In this document: in pieces, positions 41,038 through 51,793 of the stretch | Layout of the letters: each line of letters starts with the position of its first letter | How positions within the stretch are numbered: position 1 is the stretch's first letter | Assembly: GCA_963663965.2 (NCBI GenBank) | Contig: CAXXFK010000042.1 | Coordinates: 96,001-160,000, forward strand | DNA length: 64,000 bases | Direction of reading: 5' to 3' | DNA from: Sedimentisphaerales bacterium | GTDB taxonomy: Bacteria; Planctomycetota; Phycisphaerae; Sedimentisphaerales; SM23-30 | Position numbers and translations under genes: made by a program | The notes under the pieces: model-generated | Database searches by the model: none | Seen by the model: the letters and a program-made list of their open reading frames with translations, nothing else | Told to the model about the DNA's origin: nothing

Positions 41038-42348
41038 TTAAGACCCAGTTGTATAATATCTTTCTCGAATAACCGCCGCACTCACAGGTATCAATCTTTC
41101 TTCCAGACTGGCCGCGGCTTGCTGTTCCAGACCAGTCAGATCATCGTTGTCTGAAGTCTGGCTATCGTATAGCATTTCGGGTATGGGCTTGAACAGCAGC
41201 GGCGCGAAATCGCTCAGATATTCCCGCCAGTTGGCCCAGATATGGCCGCCGTCCGATTCATGGTAATAGACTTTAAAATCGTTTTTGCGGAACACATCAA
41301 CGGTTTGGCGGGAAGTTTCCAGCAGGAAGTCATCCCGGCCAGTCGCGAACCACAGGAGTTGCAGGCCTTTTTTCAGTTCGGCGTTCTGTAAGGTCTCGGC
41401 ATAGCGTTCCTGCCATGGGGGGCGATTGGCATTGTTATTGCCAAAGCGTCCCGACAGTTCGAATACCCCGGAACTGAACACGCCGGCATAACCAAACAGG
41501 TCCATGTGATCGACCAGCAGGGACAGGGTCTGGCCGCCGCCCATGGAAAGACCGGCGATGGCGCAGTGCGCCCGGTCGTGGTTGACGCGGTAATGGTCTT
41601 TGACATAGGGCATGATATCCTGAATGAAATCTTGCTGGAATGGATCCGTTGCGGGGCGCGGCTGACCCAAATTCATTGGACCGGTATGGCCCGCGGGCAT
41701 GACGACGATCATGGGCAACGCTTTCCCGGCAGCGATCAGATTGTCCAGAATGAAACCGGCCCGGCCGACGGTTGTCCAGGACGCGTCGCTGTCAGAGGCG
41801 CCATGCAACAGGTAGAAGACCGGATAGCGATCCTGACCGGCTTCGTATCCCGGCGGGGTGTAGATATGCATGCGGCGGAAGCGTTGCAGCGCATTGGAAT
41901 AATAGGTGATCTGGGCCACGGCTCCATGGGGTACCTTTTGGGTGTCCATAAATTCCGCGCCCGGCACATAGACCAGGCTCCAGGTGTTGTTGTTGGATTC
42001 GCTGGTGGCGGGATTGCGCGGATCAATCACCGATACATTATCGACATTAAAATTGTAGCGATAGGCTCCCGACCGGATTGGTCCCAGGGTGATCTTCCAG
42101 ACACCCTGATCCTCTTTGGTCATCTCGCCGCCCTGGCCCAGATTGGGAATGTCGGAACTGCTGAGTTTCACTGTTTGTGCTTTGGGCGCCAGAATACTGA
42201 ACGTGACCTTGCCATCATCAGCGACGACCGGCGATTCCACGCGGGGTCCGGGGGCCCGGCCAAATTGCGCGGTGGCCTGGGTATAAAAGAGTAATACCAA
42301 CCCCAATAATGCTATCAATACCGATGAAAATTGATTTCGATACTTCAT
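41038..42348 (-). CDS. Secreted esterase (CBM48-like + CE1 alpha/beta hydrolase)
   Basis: YTPPGY, YLLHG, nucleophile GLSMGG, GGHIW. Confidence 0.88.
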   Translation of the reverse strand: MKYRNQFSSVLIALLGLVLLFYTQATAQFGRAPGPRVESPVVADDGKVTFSILAPKAQTVKLSSSDIPNLGQGGEMTKEDQGVWKITLGPIRSGAYRYNFNVDNVSVIDPRNPATSESNNNTWSLVYVPGAEFMDTQKVPHGAVAQITYYSNALQRFRRMHIYTPPGYEAGQDRYPVFYLLHGASDSDASWTTVGRAGFILDNLIAAGKALPMIVVMPAGHTGPMNLGQPRPATDPFQQDFIQDIMPYVKDHYRVNHDRAHCAIAGLSMGGGQTLSLLVDHMDLFGYAGVFSSGVFELSGRFGNNNANRPPWQERYAETLQNAELKKGLQLLWFATGRDDFLLETSRQTVDVFRKNDFKVYYHESDGGHIWANWREYLSDFAPLLFKPIPEMLYDSQTSDNDDLTGLEQQAAASLEERLIPVSAAVIRERYYTTGS

Positions 42349-42370
42349 GCGACAACTCCCTGAAAAAAGA

Positions 42371-42826
42371 CTATTGGGTCTTTACTGGCCGGTTGCCATG
42401 TTCCCAACTGGCCATGGCATCGGCAATACGGTTGAGATAACCAATCAAGTTATTGACTTCTCTGGGTTGAAACGGGTCGGCAAGCGCTTCCTGCAAAGGA
42501 ATGATCGTTTCGGTTATTTGAGTATACATTTGCCGTCCCTGAGGGGTGAGGATTACTTTCAGCGCCCGGCCATCTTTGGGGTGTTGCTGACGGGAAATCA
42601 GCCCTTTGTTTTCCAGCAATACCAGCATGGCTCGTATGGTATTGGGATCGGAAGCGGCCCGGCGGCTCAGCTCTTTTTGGGTGATGCCATCCTGCTGGGC
42701 CAATAGAAACAGCAACACAAACTGATCGGCCGTAATCTCATACGGCGCCAGGAAGGCATTGGTCTGACGGTGCATCAGTAAATAGGATACGCGCAATCCC
42801 ATTGCTATGTTATGGCCAGTTGTCAT
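42371..42826 (-). CDS. MarR family regulator
   Basis: ITADQF, ITQKEL, LENKGLI..DGR..LTPQG. Confidence 0.92.
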   Translation of the reverse strand: MTTGHNIAMGLRVSYLLMHRQTNAFLAPYEITADQFVLLFLLAQQDGITQKELSRRAASDPNTIRAMLVLLENKGLISRQQHPKDGRALKVILTPQGRQMYTQITETIIPLQEALADPFQPREVNNLIGYLNRIADAMASWEHGNRPVKTQ

Positions 42827-42890
42827 GGCAATCCCTGATTAATAGTATGTATACGTATTATGTGTAACCTGAATGGTAAGTATAGTCAAC

Positions 42891-42937
42891 AAAAAAGCAC
42901 CTGGAATTTATCAGCGAAGTTCCAGATGCTTTATTTT
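42891..42937. terminator. Intrinsic terminator after the GH3 gene
   Basis: aaaaAAGCAcCTGGAA...TTCCAGaTGCTTtatttt. Confidence 0.65.
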
Positions 42938-42977
42938 GAAAAATCGAATTGTTAATGTTTGAATAATTTTTGTTAGA

Positions 42978-45221
42978 TCAATCCAGCCAGAACGCTTTTT
43001 TCTGGTCGCCGGCGCGCAGGATGAACTGACCTTTTTCGATGGCGGGTTGGCTCTTGTGGTCGATAAAGGTAAAGGCGTCCGGGTTCAATTCGAAGGTAAC
43101 CGTTTTGGTTTCGCCCGGTTTGAGATGGATCCGCTGGAACCCTTTCAACCGTTTGTTGGGCGGGGTGATACTGGCGACGACATCGGAGACATATAGCTGA
43201 ACGATTTCATCGCCGGCGAGTTTGCCGGTATTGGTAACATCCACGGAGACCTTCAGACTCTTCAGCGCTTTCAGCTGGATTCGTTCGGCCGCCAGTTTGA
43301 GATTGGCGTATTTGAAGCTGGTATAAGACAGGCCATGTCCAAAGGGCCACTGGAACCGGACCTGGCCGCCATTGCCATCGGCGCTCTTTTTGAAATCGTA
43401 CCATTCGAAGCCACCGGGATATTTGGGATAGCTGAAGGGCAGTTTACCGCCGGGATTATAATCGCCAAACAGGACATCGGCGATGGCGCGGCCGCCTTCC
43501 GGGCCGGGCAGGTAGGTAGCCAGAATACCCTGGGCCAGCGGCTCGATGGCGCTGATGACGCGCGGCCGCCCCTCGGTTAGTATCAGAATGACCGGTTTAC
43601 CGGTCTGGGCCAGCGCTGCCACCAGATCGAGTTGCGGCTGGGTCATGGTCAGGTCATAAATATTGCCGGGCGTTTCACAATAGGTGGGCTCGCCGATACA
43701 GGCCAGCACAATGTCGCAATCGGCGGCAGCTTGTATTGCCTTGTCATAGTCCTGGCGTTTGTCAAAATCAACGCCTTTCACATAGGTGACGTTATCCGCG
43801 CCGACTTTGGCGGTGATCGCTTCCAGAATGGTCATTTTTTCCTGCGGATACAATTTTTCCTGATCGCCCTGCCAGGTATAGGTCCAGCCGCCGTTCAAAA
43901 CGCTCAGCAGATTGGCGGTCGGGCCGGTGACCAGGACTTTGGCTTTTTTGGATAAGGGCAGAATGGCCTTTTCATTTTTCAGCAGGGTCATGGCCTTGCG
44001 CGCCGCGTCCAGGCTGACGGACCAATTGGCGTCACTGCCGATCTGGCCGGCTTTGTCAGCAGGGGGATAGGCGTTATCGAACAGGCCCAATTGGAATTTG
44101 ACCCGTAAGATATCACTGACCGCTTTATCGATGCGGGATTTGGGGACTTCACCTTTTTTCACCAGATCGATCAAATGGTTATAGAAACTCAGATCGTAGG
44201 GCACCATGCTCATATCGATACCGGCCATGACAGCCATCTTGACGGCGGTTCGCTGATCCGGGGCGACCATCTCGCGGGTATACAGATTGTTGATGTCATC
44301 CCAGTCGGTAACGACAAAGCCTTTAAAGCCCAGTTCATCACGCAGGATTTCGGTCAGGTAGTAATGGCTGGCGTGAACGGGACTGCCGTTGATTTCGCTG
44401 GAGTTGACCATGACCGTTCCCACACCGGCATCAACGGCCGCTTTGAAAGGAGGCAGGAAGATCTCGCGCATTTCCCGGTCTGGAATCCAGGCGGGGGTTC
44501 GGTCGCGGCCTGAGCGCGGCATGCTGTAGCCCAGGTAATGCTTCATACAACCCACCACCCGGTTATCGCCGGAGATATCATTGTCTTGCAGACCTTTGAT
44601 ATACGCAGCGCCCATGGTGGCGACGATAAAGGTATCTTCGCCGAAGGTTTCCCACATGCGGGACCACATAGGCTGGCGGCCAACGCCCAGCACCGGATTA
44701 AAGTTCCAGGGGATGCCGGCCGCGCGGGTTTCCATGGCGGTAATTTCACCGGCCTTATGGACCAGGTCCGGATCGCCGGTGGCGGCCATGGCAATGGCCT
44801 GCGGGAACAAGGTGGCTTCACGGATATAATTGGCGCCGTGAATCGAGTCGACGCCGTAGATGACCGGGATTTTCAGCCGGGTTTCTTTGGTGGCGACATC
44901 CTGGATCTGGGTAATGATCGTATGCCAGGTTTTGGTGTAATTGGCTTGTCCACCGCAATTTAAAATGGAACCGACGTTGTTTTTAACAACCAGGTTACGT
45001 AATTTTTCCGGATCGATAGTGAATTCCGGCCCGCTGTCTTTTTTCTGGATGGTTTCCAGGGTCAGTTGGGTCATCTGGCCGACTTTTTCTTCCAGGGTCA
45101 TTTTCTTAACAAGATTTTTGACCTCTTTATCGATCTGTTTGGGTGTCATCGCGCCTGATAATAAGCAGGATGAAAAACACAAAACCAGTACAAATGTAAC
45201 CAATCTGGATACCGTGTTCAT
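42978..45221 (-). CDS. GH3 beta-glucosidase (BglX-like) with an Fn3-like domain
   Basis: MTLEEKVGQM, DSIHG, ETFGED, KHY, LRDELGFKGFVVTDW, FGHGLSYT, EIVQLY. Confidence 0.95.
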   Translation of the reverse strand: MNTVSRLVTFVLVLCFSSCLLSGAMTPKQIDKEVKNLVKKMTLEEKVGQMTQLTLETIQKKDSGPEFTIDPEKLRNLVVKNNVGSILNCGGQANYTKTWHTIITQIQDVATKETRLKIPVIYGVDSIHGANYIREATLFPQAIAMAATGDPDLVHKAGEITAMETRAAGIPWNFNPVLGVGRQPMWSRMWETFGEDTFIVATMGAAYIKGLQDNDISGDNRVVGCMKHYLGYSMPRSGRDRTPAWIPDREMREIFLPPFKAAVDAGVGTVMVNSSEINGSPVHASHYYLTEILRDELGFKGFVVTDWDDINNLYTREMVAPDQRTAVKMAVMAGIDMSMVPYDLSFYNHLIDLVKKGEVPKSRIDKAVSDILRVKFQLGLFDNAYPPADKAGQIGSDANWSVSLDAARKAMTLLKNEKAILPLSKKAKVLVTGPTANLLSVLNGGWTYTWQGDQEKLYPQEKMTILEAITAKVGADNVTYVKGVDFDKRQDYDKAIQAAADCDIVLACIGEPTYCETPGNIYDLTMTQPQLDLVAALAQTGKPVILILTEGRPRVISAIEPLAQGILATYLPGPEGGRAIADVLFGDYNPGGKLPFSYPKYPGGFEWYDFKKSADGNGGQVRFQWPFGHGLSYTSFKYANLKLAAERIQLKALKSLKVSVDVTNTGKLAGDEIVQLYVSDVVASITPPNKRLKGFQRIHLKPGETKTVTFELNPDAFTFIDHKSQPAIEKGQFILRAGDQKKAFWLD

Positions 45222-45332
45222 GATATGGCCCTCGTAAAAGGTGAAAAGTTAACGTATCTTCCATTTAAACATGGAGTTACCTCTGTCAAACGATTGAATG
45301 ACACTAGATATTACCGGCAAGGATTCTGCTTG

Positions 45333-46112
45333 TCAAATCGTAATCGTACCGGCCATATACAGGACGGCTTTGCCGGCAATGGTGATGGTTTGGGGCTGGA
45401 CCGTGCAGGTAAGTTCACCACCGCGGGCTGAAATCTGACGGGCGTTTAAGAGGTTTTGTTTCAGCCGCGTCGACCAGTAAGGCGCCAGGGTACAATGAGC
45501 TGAACCGGTGACGGGATCTTCATCGATGCCTTCTTGAGGGGCGAAGAAACGTGAGACAAAGTCACATTGTTCACCCGGAGCGGTCACAATCAGGGCGAAA
45601 CCCGGCAATTGCCTGATCAAATTAAAATCCGGTTGCAGGTTACGGACCTGTTGTTCTGTTTCAACGACTGCCATTAAGTCGCGAGCCAGATAAGTTTCAA
45701 TCGGACTGATACCCATAGCCGTTTCCAGACCTTCCGGAATGGCACAGGACTGGCCCGGCCGGGCCGGCAGATCCATTTCCAGCTTGTCTTCTTGATGGCG
45801 AACGGTCAGTAAGCCGCTTTGGGTAGTAAAGGTGAGCGTGTCGGTATCCGGACGGCGCTCCAGAAATACCGTGAAGGCGCTGGCCAGTGTTCCGTGTCCA
45901 CACAAGTCCACTTCTACCGCCGGGGTGAACCAGCGCAGTTCGTAGTGGCTGCCATGGCCCACCAGAAACGCGGTTTCCGACAGGCAATGCTCGGCCGCGA
46001 TTTTTTGCATGGTTGAAGTATCCAGCCATTGCTCGAGAAAGCAAACGCCGGCGGGATTGCCCGCGAACGGTTTATCGGTGAACGCATCGATGTGATAATA
46101 CGGTATCTGCAT
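45333..46112 (-). CDS. PhzF family epimerase/isomerase
   Basis: DAFT..FAGNPA, SETAF, EVDLCGH, EDPVTGSAH. Confidence 0.93.
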   Translation of the reverse strand: MQIPYYHIDAFTDKPFAGNPAGVCFLEQWLDTSTMQKIAAEHCLSETAFLVGHGSHYELRWFTPAVEVDLCGHGTLASAFTVFLERRPDTDTLTFTTQSGLLTVRHQEDKLEMDLPARPGQSCAIPEGLETAMGISPIETYLARDLMAVVETEQQVRNLQPDFNLIRQLPGFALIVTAPGEQCDFVSRFFAPQEGIDEDPVTGSAHCTLAPYWSTRLKQNLLNARQISARGGELTCTVQPQTITIAGKAVLYMAGTITI

Positions 46113-46160
46113 GATGGACTCCCAAGGGGTTTGAATGTGTTTCAGTCAGCATGAGGCCAT

Positions 46161-46670
46161 TTAAATGAACCGTTCGTCTGAGCGCTTCTGCCGGATTTCG
46201 GTTTCACTGGCCTGCATCCAGCCTGCGCGAGATTGAGCCGGATGATCGAATTTCTCGATATACGGTTTAATATCCAGCAGGGGGGTGCCATCCAGAATAT
46301 CGATCCCGCGTACGGTCAGGCGACAACCATCAACAGCGACCAGTTCGACAACGGAAAGACCAATTGGATTGGGACGAGACGGCGAGCGGGTGGCGAATAC
46401 TCCACGTTCCACGGTATCCATGAATGGAGTAACCATTAAGCGGGAAGGCCCCGCCTGATGTAAATGGAAGATGACATAAATATGACTGAAGCCATCCAGG
46501 TCTTTCAAGCCGTCGGCATATTCTTCGAACAATTCGAGTGTTCCCAGAGTATCCGCCGCTCCTTTGGGTTGGATGGGCATGCCTTTCAATTCATGAAACG
46601 GGCTGTGAATGATTCCTATTGGCTTCAGTGTCACGTCGTCAACCATGCCGTTGGTCTCGTTGTCGATCAA
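46161..46670 (-). CDS. tsaA: tRNA (N6-threonylcarbamoyladenosine) methyltransferase TsaA/TrmO
   Basis: GVFATRSPSRPNPIGLS, DGTPLLDIKPY. Confidence 0.9.
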   Translation of the reverse strand: MIDNETNGMVDDVTLKPIGIIHSPFHELKGMPIQPKGAADTLGTLELFEEYADGLKDLDGFSHIYVIFHLHQAGPSRLMVTPFMDTVERGVFATRSPSRPNPIGLSVVELVAVDGCRLTVRGIDILDGTPLLDIKPYIEKFDHPAQSRAGWMQASETEIRQKRSDERFI

Positions 46671-46673
46671 TGA

Positions 46674-47456
46674 TTATCCCGCCGGGGTATTGGCGCCGGA
46701 ATTAATGACCACATACCAGACAATGGCGGCGGCCGCGGCGGCGGCTGATACCGCCAGTACCACGGTCGTGGCGATCAGCCAGCTGAATCGTTTATTCTGT
46801 TTGTCAACCATGCCCTGCAAGCGCGCCTCATTTTCCTGCAGCATCTGGCCGATATTGGCCATCGATAATGTCTGAGCTTTACTGTTTTCTGACATTCCCT
46901 GCATGGATTGTTCAAAACGATTGATCGAGTCCGTTTGGATGACCTGGTTTTCCAGCGAATGTTCCAGAGACTTGATGACTTCTTCGAGTTTTTCGGTATT
47001 TTCCAGGGTAGTTTCCGGCAGGTTTTTCAGCATTTCGGATACCTGCTGGCTGCTGGCTGACTGGTTCCGCAGTTCATTGGCAATATCCTTTAAAACACCA
47101 TGTTGCCGGGTGATATTTTCCGGCAGGTTTTGCAACGCGTCCACGACCAGTTCCATCCGGCTGTTCAACTCAGTGGTCTGTTGGCGATGTTCTTTGACAT
47201 TTTCGTTCATATTTTCCAGGACTTCAACCAGGCGATTAAAGGCGTCTTCCATGGCGGCCAGTTGCTGTTCCTTCTTATGGCCGCGATGCAGGACCGGGTG
47301 ATCCTGAGCCGGTTCCCTGGGAGTCTGCACTTCTTCATATTCATTGCGGATCAACAAACCTTCGGCGTCCAGATTATCGATTTCGGTACCGCCTTCCGGG
47401 TTGGAATTGCCACGCAGCCATCCGCCGAATCGTTTCCATATTGAAATTTTTGACAT
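46674..47456 (-). CDS. Coiled-coil protein with a C-terminal TM anchor
   Basis: Heptad-rich body; hydrophobic C-terminal helix. Confidence 0.65.
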   Translation of the reverse strand: MSKISIWKRFGGWLRGNSNPEGGTEIDNLDAEGLLIRNEYEEVQTPREPAQDHPVLHRGHKKEQQLAAMEDAFNRLVEVLENMNENVKEHRQQTTELNSRMELVVDALQNLPENITRQHGVLKDIANELRNQSASSQQVSEMLKNLPETTLENTEKLEEVIKSLEHSLENQVIQTDSINRFEQSMQGMSENSKAQTLSMANIGQMLQENEARLQGMVDKQNKRFSWLIATTVVLAVSAAAAAAAIVWYVVINSGANTPAG

Positions 47457-47653
47457 AACGTCCTCCGTTACTGTTATTGTTATCGGGCCAGTATTTTGCT
47501 TATTTTCTAACAGAAAAAGCCACCCTGTTGCAAGCTAATAAATCGTTAAACACAGGATATTCTTTTGGGCCTGCCAAAATTAGGGTTTTCAGCTTCTCTA
47601 ATTTAATTATACTGCAATTGTGTGATGATTGGTTCACAGGTTTCAGGAAATTC

Positions 47654-48274
47654 ATGAATTCAAAAAACAGAAAAAAACGGTTTATATGGGATATCAGGCT
47701 TTTGCCACTGCAATTCTGGCGGTGGTGGGGTATGGGTGTGGTGATAGTCGTTTTGTTTCTGATCGGATTTCAACGACCCGCCGCCAATCCATTTGCTGAG
47801 GATGATTTCGCTCGTTACCATCAGCAGTGTTGCCGGGTTATCGAAGTGGTTGATGGCGACACATTGCAGGTGGATGTTCCTGATCCACTGACCGGCCAGG
47901 ATACGACACGTATACGATTGTGGGGGGTGGATACGCCTGAAACACGCCATCCGGAAAAAGGGGTGATGTATTTTGGTCCGGAAGCCGCTGAATTCACCCG
48001 ATACTGCGCGCTTGATCAAACGGTTGAACTGATACTGGAACCCAATCAGTCCTCCCGCGACCGTTATCAGCGGTTGCTGGCTTATGTGTTACTGCCGGAT
48101 GGTTCGGTTCTTAATGAAAATCTCATCCGTAAGGGATATGGTTACGCGGATTCCAGATTCGACCATGTTCTGCGTGACCGGTTTATAGAACTGCAAAAGC
48201 AGGCCCGCCGGGAAAAAGCCGGGCTCTGGCGGGAGGTTCAGCCTGAGCAATATCCGGATTGGTTTGAGGATTGA
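47654..48274 (+). CDS. Thermonuclease (SNase) family, membrane-anchored or secreted (start taken at MNSKNR)
   Basis: VVDGDT, IRLWGVDTPE, DRYQRLLAYV, AGLW. Confidence 0.92.
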   Translation: MNSKNRKKRFIWDIRLLPLQFWRWWGMGVVIVVLFLIGFQRPAANPFAEDDFARYHQQCCRVIEVVDGDTLQVDVPDPLTGQDTTRIRLWGVDTPETRHPEKGVMYFGPEAAEFTRYCALDQTVELILEPNQSSRDRYQRLLAYVLLPDGSVLNENLIRKGYGYADSRFDHVLRDRFIELQKQARREKAGLWREVQPEQYPDWFED

Positions 48275-48297
48275 TTTTCGGTAATCTCGATGAACCG

Positions 48298-49859
48298 TTA
48301 GGCCCTTAGTTCCATAAATGCTTTTTTTAATGGCAATCCCTGGTCTGGATTAACCATAGTGATATAGGCGATCATGCCTCCGAGCCAGGCTTCGAAGTTG
48401 GGGATGTTATGTTTATTTTGCGCTGTAAGCCCTTCATGCCGGGCGCGATGGAGGATGGCGCGGATCCGGCGGACCTGTTTTCGGGGTACGCCCGGTCTTT
48501 CATTGACGACTATGCCGGTTACCAACTGGGCGGCGCTGGGCCGGAGAATACGGGTCTTATCTTTGTTGATACTGAAGTTTTCATCCTGAACAATATGGCG
48601 TATCCGGGCCAGTATGTATCCAACCATGGTGTTCTGATCATCCCGGTCGGTCGAAAAACTGATATCATCGGCATATCGCGAGTAGCGCCAGCCCAGTTTT
48701 TCGGCCATAGCCGCCAGGCGCAGGTCCAGCCGGTGGGCGATCAGATTGCTGATGGCCGGACTGCAACAGGAGCCCTGGGGCAGGGCGCGCGGGCCGGAGG
48801 CTACAAAGAAAGACTTGCCGGCGTAATCGACTTTACGGCGGGGCGGTTCCGTGCAGATCAAAGCCAGGATGGTTGCCACGGCCGGGGAATACCCCATTTT
48901 CTGAAAGAGGCCGCGTATCCGCGGAAAGGTGATGCCGGGGAAAAAGTCTTTCAAGTCGCAATTAATAAGGATTTTGCTTTGGCTGTGGTTGGCGGCGTTG
49001 GATACGGTACTGCGGCCGGGGACAAAACCATGCGCGGCCGGATGAGTGTTAGTTTTGTTGAAAATATTGGCAAAGATCCACTGCTGGCATTGGGCGAGGT
49101 TCTTCTTCGGAGCAGAGATTGTTCTCATTCCGCCGCTCTTTTTGGGAATCTGGAAATTGATATAGTTGCTGGTGCGGGTGCTCTGGGCATGAAAGGCCAG
49201 CCAGCGTAATTTTGGAATCGTTATTCCCATGGCTTGCGCTACTTCGGCCGGCGTACTCAGAACCGGCAGGCCTGATGCCTGCAATGCCTCCACATTGGAG
49301 CGGCGATCGTGCAGGCCGGTCGATACGCCGCGTCCCAGGTAGATAATATCGGTTGCCCGGCGATGGGCCACGGCTTCGGCGTGCTGTTGACGGCGTTCCA
49401 AGGCTTCCTGCTTCTTTTGAGCTTTCAGCGCGGCCTGGGCCTCACGTGATTGCTGAACTGCCGCGGTGGCCCGGGCGACGGCGGTCTGGACGGAGGGACG
49501 CAGTTCATCCATCTGGGCCCCAATGGTATGAATTTCGACCAGTTCTTCCGGTGTAATGATGCCCTGCGCTACCATGGAACGGTCGATGGTGTGGGTCAGT
49601 TTGTCTGTAACAGGGGGAATGCGGTTACGACTGCGGAAAGCGATCCGGCTGCCGAATAATAATGATGAAGCCGTGACAGGGCCATCATCTTCTGTCGGCT
49701 GGAACTGGGATGCATCCAGTTTGAGGGATTCCCGGATATCTTTAGGCGCTCGCGGCTGACTGGTTGGACGGGATAGAGTACGCGACAAATGGTCCTGGAT
49801 CGACCGATTGATTGGCCGGTTGCGATTTTGTCTGGCCCTGAGCCGATCCCAGATAATTA
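48298..49859 (-). pseudogene. Retron reverse transcriptase, 3' fragment with the whole catalytic domain; gene split by an IS
   Basis: IPKKSGG, NAANH (retron region X), DLKDFFP, LPQG, YADD, VTGIVVN (region Y); the frame is open up to the IS junction. Confidence 0.93.
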
Positions 49860-51687
49860 GAGCCTGTCCGCAATTCTTGGATTTTGTGAGCCGCGGTTTT
49901 GGGAGGACTGATTTTGAATCGTATCATCAGTAGATGACGGCTGGTGTCCAGGTTATTTTCGTTCAGCGGGTGATTTTCCGATTTCTGCGCATAGTAGCCC
50001 CATAAACAGGGCAAGCCGGGGTGGTTTTAAGCCACTTTTTGTCGTTCTTTTTCCCGTTCTTCCTCTTGAGCCAGCTTAATTCTGGCCAATACCCAGAGGT
50101 TGTGCGATAAAATGCTCAGGCCCATATGGACTTGGCGGTGATCAAAGCCTTTTTGTTTCATGGGCGCCCCGCAAAAACCATGGCTCAGGATGCTGATTCG
50201 GGCTTCGGTCTGACTGCGGCGAGTCTGAGCCTGCCGGAACGGCTCTTCCTGAAGCCTTTCCTTCAGCAAGGCCGGGCTGAGCGGACAAACCGCATTAAAA
50301 ATATCGTGACTTTCCATGTATTGGCGATTCCCGGCGCTGTCGAAGCCCCGATCGCCGGCCAACAGCTTGACTTGATTACCAAGCTTCTCTTCCATACGCC
50401 GGTGGCTGGCTTTAAGCATTTTTTCATCGCTGGGACCTTGCTGACGAAATAACTTCCAGTCCATGATTAAGCCATTGGATTGTTCGGCCAGATAAAGTTG
50501 GTTGCCAAATTCCGTCTCCGCGCCGGCCTTGCGGCGCACGATCACATGGATATCCGGCTCGTAAAGGCTCAAGATCTTGTCTGGATTGGCAACCTTGCGT
50601 TCGCCGATCATGCGTTCGTGAGCCTGCCTGACCACGGCGGCCAACTGACAGGTCACGCCGGTAATCTGTTTGACGATTTGCCGGACGGAACCGAGAGCGA
50701 TATCGGCCTTTTTCCAGTGGTTTTCCAGGTTTTTCAGATGATTTTCCGCATGATTCAAGACCCGCCGGATCAGTTTTTTCATCTTTCGCAAAACCGCTTT
50801 ACGCAGTTTTTTCGCGCCCTTTTTGCGGTTAACATAGGTCATCTCCATGCAGAGCTTATTCATGTTTGAAATAAACTTAGCCGGCTCGCAAGGCATGCGA
50901 CACAGGATCCCGGCTTTACGAATACGGGCCGTCGCCTTCATCAAGGTACGGGTCGCATCTCTAAACAGCAGCCAGTCGATCGGATAATGAATGTGGGCGC
51001 CAATGCAGGTACAGTCAAAATAAGCCTGACTGAAATCCAGGGGGGCCTCCAAAACAACCGAACCCTGGGCCACTTGAAAAAACAGTTCTTCCGCCTGAGC
51101 GATTAACTGAGGCGAAAGCGCGTTTTCCAACTCGTTGATTCTGGTTTTGCCGGGGATCCGAGGCAGATCAAAGCGGTTAATGCCGCAAAACCACTGATAC
51201 AGTTCGCTATGAGACAAGGCCACGGCAAATTTACGCAACGACAAACCCAGCCGCTTACGCAGGATCGACATCCGTAACGCCCAAACGGCCTGGGCACGAA
51301 TATTCATGCGATCCGTATGGGTTAATTTAACCGGCGTGTCAGTGCCAAAGTGCTCGATGGCCATTTCAGCGTAAGCTTTGTCGAGAAAATACTGGAGAAA
51401 CAACTGCTCCAGATCGCTGTGGCGGATGATCTGGTCCATGGCCAGCAACTGCTGGCGTTCCTGGCGATACTCCAGACAGCCAAATTCTTCCGGAATACCT
51501 TTGTCAAACAACTGCTGAACGGGTAAAATCTCTGGCATAGGTGTGTTCCCTTTTTTAAGGAAAAATGATTCGCAAAACATTTTATAACACACCTATTTTA
51601 CGGTTTTGACCCAAAATAGCACGCTATAACTCCGACTCTTTTACATAATCTTCTGAAATCTATAGGGTTAAAGCTACGGACAGGCTC
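49860..51687 (-). mobile_element. IS5-like insertion sequence, 1828 bp
   Basis: Terminal inverted repeats GAGCCTGTCCG / CGGACAGGCTC; TAATTA on both flanks (49854-59 and 51688-93). Confidence 0.9.
50027..51538 (-). CDS. DDE transposase (IS5-like); start taken at MPEILP
   Basis: FDCTCI..IHYPID, KILSLYEP..K..EFG, GDRGF, R-x3-E-x2-I motif. Confidence 0.85.
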   Translation of the reverse strand: MPEILPVQQLFDKGIPEEFGCLEYRQERQQLLAMDQIIRHSDLEQLFLQYFLDKAYAEMAIEHFGTDTPVKLTHTDRMNIRAQAVWALRMSILRKRLGLSLRKFAVALSHSELYQWFCGINRFDLPRIPGKTRINELENALSPQLIAQAEELFFQVAQGSVVLEAPLDFSQAYFDCTCIGAHIHYPIDWLLFRDATRTLMKATARIRKAGILCRMPCEPAKFISNMNKLCMEMTYVNRKKGAKKLRKAVLRKMKKLIRRVLNHAENHLKNLENHWKKADIALGSVRQIVKQITGVTCQLAAVVRQAHERMIGERKVANPDKILSLYEPDIHVIVRRKAGAETEFGNQLYLAEQSNGLIMDWKLFRQQGPSDEKMLKASHRRMEEKLGNQVKLLAGDRGFDSAGNRQYMESHDIFNAVCPLSPALLKERLQEEPFRQAQTRRSQTEARISILSHGFCGAPMKQKGFDHRQVHMGLSILSHNLWVLARIKLAQEEEREKERQKVA

Positions 51688-51763
51688 TAATTACGATCAG
51701 GATTGCCCCGATGCAGATCACCCGGATAATCGTCATAATCACAGAGCCAAGCATGATGGTCAT
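51688..51763 (-). pseudogene. 5' fragment of the retron RT gene (hydrophobic N-terminal helix)
   Basis: GAGG RBS + MTIMLGSVIMTIIRVICIGAILIV; in frame with the RT once the IS and one TAATTA are removed. Confidence 0.8.
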
Positions 51764-51793
51764 TTGATTCCTCACTACAGTAAACATAAAAAA

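Noticed and set aside
47654..48274. Thermonuclease as the retron effector
   Set aside because: It is convergent, not in the operon, and has an export or membrane-anchor N-terminus; adjacency is probably incidental
48298..49788. RT as a group II intron, DGR or CRISPR-associated RT
   Set aside because: It has the retron NAxxH and VTG motifs and an upstream msr-msd; no maturase domain, TR/VR pair or cas1 is seen
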